A DNA stretch of 61,339 bases from Carcharhinus longimanus (Eukaryota), in assembly GCA_030264375.1 (NCBI GenBank), contig JASCQW010000081.1, forward strand, positions 36,129,292 to 36,190,630, in the 5' to 3' direction. The stretch's first letter is position 1, and each line of letters opens with the position of its first letter. Shown one piece after another: positions 1 through 12,600 of this stretch. A program made the position numbers and the translations under genes. The notes under the pieces are model-generated. The model did not search any database and had not been told where the DNA came from. It saw only the letters and a list, made by a program, of their open reading frames with translations.

Positions 1-214
1 AAAGGTTCTGTGCTGGGGTGGAATTACTCTAGATTGGGGAGGGTTTACTCTTTGCTGGAGGAGTGGGAGATTGTTGTGTGTTTGGGAGGGATTACTATGT
101 GTTTGGAAGAGGGTTAACTTTATTAGTTAGGGAGGAATCACCCTGTGCCAAGAGGGTTTTTATTTGAGTTTGGGGAGGGTTTATTTTTGGCTGTAAAGTC
201 TGTGTCCCTGAACC

Positions 215-600
215 AGTTGACAGCCGCGTCACGTGGAGAAAGTGCCGTAAACGCGACGTTTATTTCCCTTCACGACAGCGTGACAAGCAAATTTGCTGAA
301 CGACAGTGCCGTAAAGCGAGGGGGAAAAGCTCATTCTGACCGGGGGTATTGGCCGGTACTTTGTTTGGTTTTACTCAGAATGCAGCGTGGTTTGGATATG
401 TGTGGTTTTAGGCGGTAGTGGGGGAGTGCTGGCAGAGCGGAGGGAGGCTGTTGACATCTCGGTGTTGGTTTAGCTGAGTGGCCGGGGGCAGGTTGGCGAG
501 AGGCCACCTCCCTCCGTCCCTCCCTCAGCAGCCCAGCGCACTGCAAAGAAGCAGCAGAATGGCGGCCATGGACCGAGAGATGATTCTCGCCGACTTTCAG
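215..600 (+). promoter_or_regulatory. CpG-enriched FAF1 promoter / 5' UTR region
   Basis: High CpG density relative to the rest of the window, E-box GTCACGTG near 228-235, AGTGCCGTAAA twice (241-251, 305-315), YY1-type AATGGCGGC overlapping the start codon. Confidence 0.7.
559..600 (+). CDS. FAF1: FAF1 coding exon 1 (MAAMDREMILADFQ), start of UBA domain
   Basis: ATG at 559 in good Kozak context, second in-frame ATG at 568 (GCGGCCATGG), donor CAG|GTGCAT at 600/601, phase 0. Confidence 0.95.
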
Positions 601-3600
601 GTGCATTTGGTGTTTTCTCACGTCTTGTTCAGCGAATTGTGGATGGGGGAGGAACTTGACTACCTGTTCTGTGTGAAATGGCGGGTGTGTTGGAGCGGCT
701 ACCTGGTTGTCATGTAAAGAATTGCCCACATGTTGCGGCTGTGAAATGTAGCATCAGAAGATGTAGCTGACCCCATTCTTTGCCATAAATACACACGTCT
801 TTAAAAACGTTATGTATGACCGATTATATTTTTAATGGTGCGGTTTGCCGGAACATTCTCATATGTCACCAGGAATCTAAATGTTTGGTTTCTCAAGTAC
901 CATTCATGTACATTTCTTTAGGTGAAAGCAGCAGCCCCAGGGATCACAGAATGCAAAGGCGACAGATGCCCCCCATGCAGCTGATCACTTGTCGACATGC
1001 ATATATACAGCTTGGGTTTTTTTGTGGGGGTGGGTGTCCAGTTGTTTTGTGTAGAATTTCTAAATAGCTGCAGACAAAATTTCATAATTTTGGCTGAGTG
1101 GTCACAGTTGATGTGTAGCTCAATATGATTAGCCAGTTTGTACAGATCTTCCATTGAAGTACTTTGAGTTTCAATCATTGTTACTTATGTTAAATGTCTT
1201 GGGCAATTGTGTTTGAATTATTAGGTTCTGGTGTTTTTATGAGCTAAATCAATTCTGGTGGCGCATGTGAAATGTTTATCACAAATGCAGAATGTTTAGT
1301 GGGAACTAAACATTGAATGTCACAAAACCAGGGCTGGAGGGATACAGCAGGAAACCAAACTGACTGAATTGTTTTACAGAGAGCAGTACATTGACATTTG
1401 TGCTTTGGAATCATCTATCAAGATGCCTAAGTTACCCGTTACTTCAGTGTTAAATATTTGACAAGCTGTTCAAATGAGAAAACTGGAACTGCAACTGAAT
1501 TGGGAAACTGCATTGAACGAAGTAGAGAATTTATAGTATTTCTGGCCCTGATAATTTACTGATTCCTTAAAAGTGTGAGGATCAACATTTGTAACACCTG
1601 AAGGTTGATTATTCAGGTAGAAAAGCCTTAATTTTTGGAGGAAATATGAAAAATGATCAGCTTCTTTCCATGGGTTACAATTTATTTTTAGTAGCCATTG
1701 ATTATATTGCTAAAGAAGTGTACAGTGCTGAAGAAATGTACAGTACTAAAAGCTCTTTTGCCTATTGTGTCTGTGCTAGCTATTTGTTCATGAATGTTAT
1801 GAGAAGAGTTGTTACCAAAATCTGATGGTACAAGGAGTAGGGGACACAAATTTAAGATTTGGGGCAGGAAATTCAGGGAGGATGAGAGGGACAACTTTTT
1901 AATGCAGTGAGTGGTAATGATCTGGAACTTGATGCCAAGAGATGATCTATAATTCCAAATGGAATAGGCACTTGAGGGAAATAATTTTGCAGGACTGCAG
2001 GGGTAGAGCAGGGCACAGAACTGACTGAATTGCTTTAAAGAGAGTCGGTGTGGAATCATTGGGCCGAACAGTGGCCTCTAAAGCATTATGATTGATGTTG
2101 ACAACAATGAGGAAGAAAAAAGCAGGTGACAATATAAAATGGGGCAAGATGTTCCCCAGATGTAGAGAGGAAGAGAAACTGCTCCCCCTAGTGCTTATCT
2201 TTTAAAGCTCTAGCAGCATCGTGGATTCCATGCCAATTATCTTTCTTGCAGCTACGAAGAATCAGAGCAGTATATTCTCAAAGGGAGGCTTGGATGGTTC
2301 TGCTGAAGTAGCTGAATTTTACCCACCTAAAATGGAGTATGTAATGCTTTTGTAGATAAACAGGTTCCATATTTTGATATGGATACATTTATTAGTTGTA
2401 CCAAAAGCAGCTTAATTCCTGATTCTATGATGATTTGGCCAGGAAGTGTAATGCCTGAGCTCAACAAAGCCATGCAGACCAGTGAGAATCCCAGTGTTCA
2501 GTCTTTGATCTGTGCTAGTATAGAGGAAAGGATCTGGATAGGATCGAAGTATGATGACAACAGAGTAGGGCTGAAATCCAGAGGAAGCTGCAGCATTGCT
2601 GGGACCAATGACATCAAAACGGTAGGCTTCAGGGAAAAGGAATCACTTAAGGAGAAGAAGGACCAGGACAGTGATTGGAAGGAGTAACAAATGAGAGCAG
2701 ATGGCATGGCAGAAGGAAGTGGAATCAGAATCTTGCAGCATGCAATAAAGGGTTTTGGTTTGTCATATTTGTGCCAACTTGTGTTTGTATAGTGCCTTTA
2801 ATATAACATGTCCCAAGGCACTTCAGAGTCATTCTAAAACAAAATATGACACTGAGTAACATTAGGGGACATTGATGCAGATGTCCAAAAGCTTAGATAA
2901 ATATGTAAATTTTAAGGAATTCTTTCAAAAGGAGGAATGCAAAGTAGAGAGGTGCAGAAATTTAGGGAGGGCATTTAGAGCCTCGGCAGCTGAAGCATAG
3001 TCACCAGTATATATAATCCCATAACCCTACATATTACTCTTTGGGTTTCTGTCCATTTGACTGCCGATGGAATCGCTTCCACCATTTTCTCTGGTATTGC
3101 ATTCCAGAACTTCATAATCCTCTGTGTGGCGGGGGGAAATAAGTTCACTCGTTCTTTTGCCGATTTGTTCTGGATGTATGACCTCTGGTTACTAACCCAC
3201 TTGCTAGATGAAACATTTTTCCTTCTATCAAAATTCTTTCTAATTTTGATTGCCTATGTTAGGGTCTCTTGTTTACAGTCTCACCTTCTGCAAGCTCTTG
3301 ACTTAACTGTGGAGGCAGTGGCATAGTTGGCTAGTAACCCAGAGACCCAGGGTTATTCTTTGGGGATCCAGGTTTGAATTCTAGCATGGCAGTTACAGCG
3401 ATGATGTATGGATAGGTCTCGATGCAATTAAGGGCACTGGCAACAGAGTTTTGAATAACCTCAGGTTTATGGAGAGTATGATGTGGGAGTTCGGTCAGAA
3501 GTATGTTGGAAGTCATGTTGAGAAGCAACCAAGGTATGGATGAGGATTTCAGCAGCAAACAAGGAGCTGAAGTGGTGAAATGGAGTTAGGGAGAAGTGGT

Positions 3601-6600
3601 GCGGATACGTGATTGGAAGCTTCTCTTAGGACCAAATGTGACACCAAGTTGTGAGCGTTTTGATTTGGCCTCAGTTGCTAGGGAGAGGGATTTAGACTGT
3701 TGCTAAGGAATGAAGTTTGTGGTAGGGAGTGAGAACAATGGCTTCAGTTTTTCTAATATTTAACAGGAGGAAATTTCTGCTCACCCAGTACTGGATTTTT
3801 AAACAGGCATTCTGCAAATTTGACAGTGGATGTGAGGTAAAGCAGGGTGTTGTTGAGGTACATGTCAAAGCTTACACTGTTTTTGAATGTTGTTGAGGGG
3901 CAGCATGTAGATGAGAAGTGGGATGTGACTGGAGTTGGACCCTTGGCAACACCAGGGATATCAGTGAAGGAGTGGGAAAAGAGCTGTTGCAGTTGGTACT
4001 TGTTTATGATTGGATAATTAAAATTGGAATAAGATGCCACCAAAGTTTATTTCCTTATTTGTATGGATTAGTTGTACAAAAATTGCATTGCAGAACATTA
4101 TTCTGCATGGTATCCCTTTGCAGAGTGGCATACAGATTGATTCCCAGGTCTGATTTTATCATCCATGTGTTCCAGTTTTGGACTGCGATTTGGTGCTCTA
4201 CATCACTTTGCTATCCTTTCACCCATTTAAATCAATCTTTTTTTTATGTTTTCTAAATATTGAATTTAATATAACTAAAAATATTGAGTAGATTTCAATT
4301 CATGTTTGACTGCATAACTGTACATTGGATAGCCTATCTGCACTTGGGCAACAGGTTTAAGTTCTGTAAGATGTCTGATTACCTTCTCCAATGTTGTTAT
4401 GCTGAGATAGATGATGGATTCTTTCAAGACAACAGGGGAAGTTATGCCGTGTAATGCAATGTTCCATCGGAACTACTGGTTTACTGTAACTGAATATATT
4501 AAATTCTTCCTTGATTGCATGGGTATCCCAGGGTCTTGCTGGTGATGTGAGTCAGTGAATACCTTTCCCAAAGTATTGTCTGTATATTCACAAAAAAGTG
4601 AGCTTTATTTTATAGTAGTAGTTAAGCAACTCTGGAATTACTTAAATGAATTGGTAGGTGCTCTGTGTCTTGTACTAATAACTGGCATGTGCTGCTGTGA
4701 TTGAATATTTATTCCATTTGTAAGAAATGACAGTCTTGTTTTTTTTTACTGCTGCTTTGGGGATTGAATTACACCACAATGTTAATTTATTCTGGGACAG
4801 CCATAAATACATGGCTTTTCTTTTTTTATTGTGTATGAGTTTAAGGCAACCAAAATAAAGCAAGATGACATACAAGATACAATAGCTGCCTCTGGTTAAA
4901 TTNNNNNNNNNNNNNNNNNNNNNNNNNNNNNNNNNNNNNNNNNNNNNNNNNNNNNNNNNNNNNNNNNNNNNNNNNNNNNNNNNNNNNNNNNNNNNNNNNN
5001 NNNNNNNNNNNNNNNNNNNNNNNNNNGCTTGCTCCCCCACCACCTTATTTCAAATTTAAATTTAAAAAAGATGCATTCTGTTACACGATGCAGATTTGTA
5101 AGTCAAGTTCTACGATGCAAAGTTATCATTTGTAATTTGTAAATGTCTCACATATAGAAAATGTTATTAGCATTTACAAATGTTTGCCTTTTTAAATATT
5201 TTTTGTTTATTGTAGGCATGCACCGGAATTGAAAATATTGATGAAGCTATTACGTTGCTCGAACAGAATAATTGGGATTTAGTGGTAAGTACCTGATGAC
5301 AATTGTGAAACTAATAATTTTGAACCATATAGTAATTTCGGGAAGTCTTTCGCTAAATTGTGGCATTCTTGGAAAAAAAGTGAAAAATGTGTAACACAAT
5401 TAATTTGCTGTACCAGTAAGATTAGATTGTTGCTGAAGCATGACATATAGCGGTATGTGATGGCATAGCATAAGTCATTTTTAATTAATCTGTATCCATC
5501 TTATTTCTCATCTACATGATGGCACTCGGTGGCATCATCTGACACAATTCCAACTGCACGTGTACAGTACTTCACAAGCTGTCTCAATCTCTCCGCTATT
5601 TATGATTTATGCTGCTCACTCAACATCCAGTATTGGATGTATAGAGATTTCCTCCAATTAATTATTGGAAGATCAAAGCCATTGCTTTCAGTCATTGCTG
5701 CAAACTTCATTACGTAGCATAAACTCTAAGCAGCTGCCTGACTACTGCTTGAGGTTGAACCAGGCTGTTTGCCACCTCAATTTCTGTGTAATCCTGAGTT
5801 GATCTTTAACCCTGTATGCTTTCCATCACCAGTAATGCCCAATGCCACTCTATCCTTGCCACACCCCATGTGTGGATAAAAATGTCAACCAGGCCCTTGT
5901 TGCTTCCAGACTTGACTCTTGTCGTGCTTTCCTGAATGACCTTCCACCCTTCACAAATTTAAGCTATTGCAAAGTGCTGGATACAAGTAGCAGAACTGAG
6001 AAATTTCCACAGTTTGGTGCAATCTTGACATTTGGTTAATGAATTCTTCCTTTTTATGTGTGTTTTCCAACCTCCGCTGCTGACGGTTACCACCTGCAAT
6101 GTAGCCAAAGCTGGGAGGAGAAAGTCTCAGCGCAGAAAATCTCTATCAGTAACGGTGCTGGGAGAGGATCTTGGGGAGCCGCCATTGCTTTCTTTACCGG
6201 TTCTTGTTTTTGCTGGTTACTGGTGTCACAGTAATTTGCGAAAGATTTTATTTTTAGATTGTACATTTATTCATGGGATGCAGGCATTGCTGGCAAGGCC
6301 AGCAAATGTTGCCTTTAGCAAATTGTCCTTGAAAAGGTAGAGAGTTTAAAAAAAAAAAGGAGTCACTTTGGAGAATAGTTTAACAAGCATTGCTACAGTC
6401 CTTTGCTTTGCATGTACATAGTGCAACTTGTGGGCCGAAGGGCCTGTTTGTGCTGTAGTTTTTCTATGTTCTATAATCTGACAATGTCATGTTCAGATGT
6501 CAGTATAGACTTCATCCTGTATCCTATGCAGTAACTCCATTGACTGTGTAATGCTGAGGCCACTTTGTTGATTTGATACAAATGCATTGATCTGCAGTCT

Positions 6601-9600
6601 TGATGGTTTAAAAAAAGGTAAACAAAGGTAATATTTCTACCCACTTGATGTCTAATAATTCTACCTGTCTGAAGTCACCTAGAATCATTTGCATTTCACT
6701 GCAGCTCATCATAAGTGAAATAGTTGTGTGTTTCCTTGTCACAAATTCAAAACTTTTTGACTTCAGCCACTACTTTTCAATCCTTTTAGTCTTCGGCCAT
6801 TCATCCCTTTATATACTAATTCGCATAGCATCCCTTTTACCCATCACCATTGTTCTCGCTGACCTACGTTGGCGGCTGATCTGGTAATGTCTCATCTGAA
6901 ATTCTCGTCTTTGAGTTTGCACCCTATTTCTGACTTCTTTACCATTGCTACCTTTCAATACCTGTGCCCCTCAGTTCTGATTTATTGTGCACCCCAATGA
7001 CCATTTCTGTTTCGTTTATCAGATGTACTTTCATTTGCCTTGGTTCTAAGTTTTAGAATTTCATTCCGCGCTCCTTTTAAAATGCTCATTAAGAAGACCT
7101 ACATCTTTGACTAAACTTTTTGTTGCTTGTCCTGATATATTCTCATGTAGCTTAGATTCACATTTTTGTATGGTAACACTCCTATGAAGTTCCTTGGGGT
7201 TCTTTATTATGTTAAAGGTACTATAAGTACAGATTGATGCTAGTGTTTAGTATTCTCCTGGTGGTCTATTGTATTTCTGCTGGTACAGATGTTCTTATGT
7301 TTTGACTTTTACAACTTGGCCATGTGGTGGAAATGGATGTTAATATTCTGATTTAATCCACCTTAATTACCACTGACAAACATTCCTTCCATACACTTGT
7401 GTGCTCTCCTTTCTTCTTCATAGCCCAGTGACACAATAGTTGTAAAGGCTCCCACATACTCCCACCTAAGCTTGTCCAGTTCAACACACATCTGAAATTT
7501 AAGTCTGAACCCATATTGTTGAGGTAGACATTACATAACTCTGACAAAATGTTTTTGAAAAATAAATTTTGCATTCAGTACTCTTTCAGAATTGATTAAA
7601 GAAACTCTGAAATCTAAGTCCAGTATTGAACACCTCTCAGATAGTGATAAAATGCAGGCCTTTCTTGGAATAGAGCTTATTTTACCATACTTAAGAATAC
7701 ATTATTCATTGTGAATATAATGTTCAAGCCATGCTTGTAATCTATCTGGGATTGTTAATATAGCTTTGGGTCATGGAATAATATATTTGAACAGAGGGCT
7801 GTGTAACCAAGATCTTTATACTTTGAGTTCAATGGCTGAAAGTGAGGAAATAAATTAATGGATAACACAAAGGAATTTAAAAGCTTTTTGCCTAAATAAA
7901 AATAGTTGAAAGATGGAGCTGATCAGAGACACAAAAGATAGGAGGCAGAGAGCATGGGTGAGGTACTAAATAAGTACTTGACATCTGTCTTGGAGAACAG
8001 GTTGCTATTAATGCAGCAGTAACATAATATTAGATAGAGAGAATAAAAGCATATTAAACAAAAGGCTGTTTAAACATTGCCTGCCTTTTTAAACTAGGCT
8101 TGGTTGGGATGCATCCTTAGTTATTCAGGGAAGTAAGGGTGGAAATTCCAGAAGGTTTGGGTGCAATCTTCCTTGGATAATGTGGGTGATACCAGAGGAC
8201 AAGTAGATTGCAAATATTAAGCCTCAAATAAAAGGAAGAATGATAAACTTGCCAATTACGGGTCAGCCTACCAAATGTTGATGGGGGAAGATTTTCTACT
8301 GGCAACAATTCAGGGTGAAATTAAGTATTGCTTGGAAAGTCAGAATTTATGGAAAGGCAAGCAATTAACTAACCTAAGTTTTTAAAGTTGTAATAGAAAT
8401 GGTTGATGCTGTGATTCTGTGACTTTGAGAAGATATTTGACAGAGTTACCACACTATAAACCTGTAAGCAAAATTAGAGCTTGTGGGGTTAAAGAAACAT
8501 TGATATAAGAACATAAGAAATAGGAGCAGGGGTAGGCCATCTAGCCCTTCAAGCCTGCCCCGCCATTCAATAAGATCATGGNNNNNNNNNNNNNNNNNNN
8601 NNNNNNNNNNNNNNNNNNNNNNNNNNNNNNNNNNNNNNNNNNNNNNNNNNNNNNNNNNNNNNNNNNNNNNNNNNNNNNNNNGATGCATTCCATCCGGTCC
8701 TGGGGACTTGTCCACAATCAGTCCCTCCAGTCTTTCGAGCACTGCCTCTCTAGTAACATTGCCCTCCATTACAAGCATGGCTTGAACATTATATTCACAA
8801 TGAATAATGTATTCTTAAGGATAAGTATGGTAAAATAAGCTCTATTCCAAGAAAGGGAGTGAGTAAAATTGGATTAAGGTCAGAAGGTAGAGAGCAGTGG
8901 CGGATGATTTTTTTCAGACTGGAGCAAAGTACACACTGTTCCCCAGGTGTTGGAATTGCGGCTTTTTAAATTTATATTAATGACCTGGGTATATGGCATA
9001 ATTTGGAAGTTTGCATAATCAATGAGAATAATAGCAGGAGAGGGCATAATTTGATGAAATAGATGCATTTCAGATTAAATTCAACGAATTAAATTCCTCT
9101 TGATAAGAATAAAAGGCAATATAAACTAAATGCTACAATTTTAAAGTGAAGTGCAGGGTTCGAGACCCTGGGTTTGTGTACACAAAGATGGCATGACAAG
9201 TTAGGAAAGACTTTAAGAAAACGCATACACAATTCTGACGTTAATCAAGGTGAAGAGTATAAAAAGCGACAAAATTGTGTTACATTTTACAAAAGGTTGG
9301 CTGGACCTCATTTGGGCATTGTACTTTAGAAAGGAGTAGTTTTTATTCCTTCATGGGATATGCCTTTGTTCCCAAGGCCAACAATTTTTGTCCATAATGA
9401 AGTGCCCTTGATAGTTGTGGTAAGCTGCCTTGAACTGCTGCAGTCCATGTGCTGTAAGTGATAAAGGCAAAGTACTGCAGACGCTGGAATCTGAAACAAA
9501 AACAGAAAATGAAAGGATAATATAGGTACAAGTCAGGATAATGTGTGGCATGGAGGGGAATGGCGGTGGTCCCATACTGCTTCAGGTGGTAACAAAACTG

Positions 9601-12600
9601 TGATGAGATGCATTTTGAATTTTCATATGTAGTATTGAAACCTGAGTGAAATAAATTGAAATTACTCTGCCTGCGTTGCAAAACCAAAAAGCAAATCAGA
9701 ACTGTAATAATCTTGAATATACCTTTACCTTGTATTCATTGTTGCTGCACATGCAATTGTTCAGCTGAACCCTCCAAGAAAGCACCATCTGACTGACTAC
9801 TGATATTTGGCCAGCCTCAATTTACTAGAAGTACTTCCATTGGCTGCGAAATATTTCCCTTGAAGTTCAGTTGCTTTCACAGTTCTTAATGCTGATCAGC
9901 CAGGTGCCAAGAGCAGTCCTGGGATATATCGGGAAATTCCTGCGAGCTATAGTTTACTCAGGTCTATTCTAGGTGGGAGGGGTTGCAGGTTTGGAAGACG
10001 ATGTTGAAGGAGGATTGGTGAGTTCCTCATTGCTGTCACTGTGTGTCAGTAGTGGAGGGAGTGAGTGAATGTTTAAAATGGTTGAGAAGGTACCAATCAA
10101 GTGGGCTGATTTGTTTTGGATGGTGTGGAACTTCTTGAATGGTGTTGGAGTTGCACTCAACCAGTCAAGTGAAGAATATTCCGTCATCTTCTTGACTTCT
10201 GCCATTGTATATAATGAATATATTTCACAGAGTCAGGAAGTGAGCTACTCGCTGTTATGAAGACCACGGAGAGGGTGTAGAAAATATTTTTTAGAATGCT
10301 GCCAGGGATGAGGACTTGAATAATGTAAAAAGACTGGCGAAGCTCTGTTGTTTTTCTTGGGGCAGGGACGTTTAATGGGAAATTGAAGAGTGGTCAAAAT
10401 ATTAAAGTTTTAACAGAATAAGAAGAACCTGTTCCTAGTGATAGGGTTGGTGAGCAGGGTACACAGATTTAAGCTGATTGTCCAAAATAACAGGTGACAT
10501 GAGGAAACTTTTTAACAGTGCATTGTTATGACTAAGAATGTTGTAGCTTATGATTGGAAATTTGAAGGGGAAAAAAGTTGTAGGCTTTGAAGTGGGATTC
10601 TTCACTATCTCAACTACAGAACACGTGCGGAATTAATGTGCCAAATGTTGGCCTCCGATGCTGTATCATTCTATGAAATATGTAAGTGGAGTTATGTTTA
10701 AAGAAAAATGTAGAGTAACTTGGGAAAAATTGAAAGCTAAAGCTAGTTGGATTTAGCATTAGCTAATTTGAATTCAGCTGTTTAAGACCATTTTTTGAAA
10801 TGCAATACTCTTATTCAAGTATAACTCTGTTATCTCTCTCTATTGTTTACAGGAGAATCGGACCTGCATAGAAATTTGCCATGTTTTTTCTTCAGTATTT
10901 TAGATGCAGAGAAACCATACTTTATTGTAACACCTTGACACAGTGCAACTGAGAAAGCATTACATAATACAGTGAGAATATAAGAGAGAAATTGTGTGAT
11001 GGCGTGAAATGAAGTGGTTTGATGACAAACGTTTATTATGTCTAAAATTACCATGAATTTAATTCGTCGTAATAAACTTATCCTGCATCGATGGAAAAAC
11101 AAAATCTTCAACAGAAAAATGCCTCAGCTTTGTGCATATTTGCCTAGGTCACATTCATTTTCTCCACATTGTGGGGGACTGTTAACCTGGCCTCTACTCT
11201 GTCTGCTGGCTCAGCTGAGAAGGAGAGCTTATGACCAAGTTTTGTTGTTCTGTCTTAGTGTGGGAGCACAATACGCTGTGCTACACAGGAATGCAACCTG
11301 CTAACTCATTCAATTTAAAATAGTTTGTTTGGTACTATTTGGAAGGTTCCAGGTGACACATTCCAGAATTTTACTGAACGTTAGTTGGTCTCCCATTTAT
11401 CTATTTTTCTACCCTGATTCTTCCTCTTGCAGTTTTTGTCTTCCTTTCCCTTTGCATATTGTTTTCTTGTTCATTCTTGCTGCTTTGGAGTTATCATTTG
11501 GCTTTTGCATAGTCATGACTCAAGCATACTTAGTAAGTTACATGGTGCGTTTTCTGCATTTTGTAGTCTCTGGTTTGTGGTGATTAGGCTCGGGTGTGCA
11601 AAGATTGTGCCGGCACTGCGAAAAACAAATCATGAAGCAATGCATGTACTAAAGGAAGAGAGAGCGCAATTGGTACTTTTAAAAATTTATTATTAGTGTC
11701 CCAAGTAGGCTTACATTAACAATGCAATGAAAGTCCCCTAGTCGCNNNNNNNNNNNNNNNNNNNNNNNNNNNNNNNNNNNNNNNNNNNNNNNNNNNNNNN
11801 NNNNNNNNNNNNNNNNNNNNNNNNNNNNNNNNNNNNNNNNNNNNNAAGTTACTGGGAAAAATCACCTAGTCGCCACACTCCGGGTACACTGAGGGAGAAT
11901 TTAGCATGGCCAATGCACCTAAAGAGCATGTCTTTTGGACTGTGGGAGGAAACTGGAGCACCCATGCAGACAGTGACCTTAGCCGAGAATTGAACCCAGG
12001 TCCCTGGCGCTGAGAGGCAGTAGTGCTAACCACTGTGTCGTCCGTACATGATACGTTAATTAGAAAGTGTGTCAAAGAGAAGACCTTTATGTACTGTGTG
12101 AGCAAATGAACAAACAGCAGCTGATTGTATGCAAGTCACCCAGCTACACATGCGCACCCTATGCAAGTGAAAGCAATTGTACATGCACTCAGCACAGCTG
12201 AAAAACAAATGAACACATGAAGCCACAAGAAAGAACGCTAACCAGGGAGGCAGTATGTGACTGACCCAGAAGAGATCCTGTACCACACAATAACTGAGAG
12301 AAAGTACTTGAGCACTTGTGATGTCACCAACACCCTTTGCAATTGTAGAAAATCAGCCCTACTTATATATGACATTCCTCTTACAATAAACAACAACGTG
12401 CTTTCCTAATCACTTGCTATACCTACATACCAAATTTTTGTGTTTCATGTATGCAGAAGCTTCAGATTCCTATGTAGAGTTCTGTGATCCCTCCATTTAA
12501 ATAATATGCTCCTTTTTTATTCTTCCTTTCAAAGTGGACAAGCTCATATTTCCTATATTATATACCACCTACCAATGTTTTCTCCACTCTCTGTACCTAC

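Noticed and set aside
1-190. G-rich degenerate repeats (GGGAGGG.TTA) as a telomeric or regulatory array
   Set aside because: No regular period and no TTAGGG array; treated as low-complexity sequence
478-717. 79-aa ORF as a standalone gene
   Set aside because: It is FAF1 exon 1 read on into intron 1 from an upstream GTG
2179-2196. CTCF-like motif on the minus strand (GCACTAGGGGGAGCAG)
   Set aside because: Context resembles a decayed CR1 segment (…gagaaactg.tccc…), and a similar string occurs in CR1 at ~23260, so it is not supportable without data
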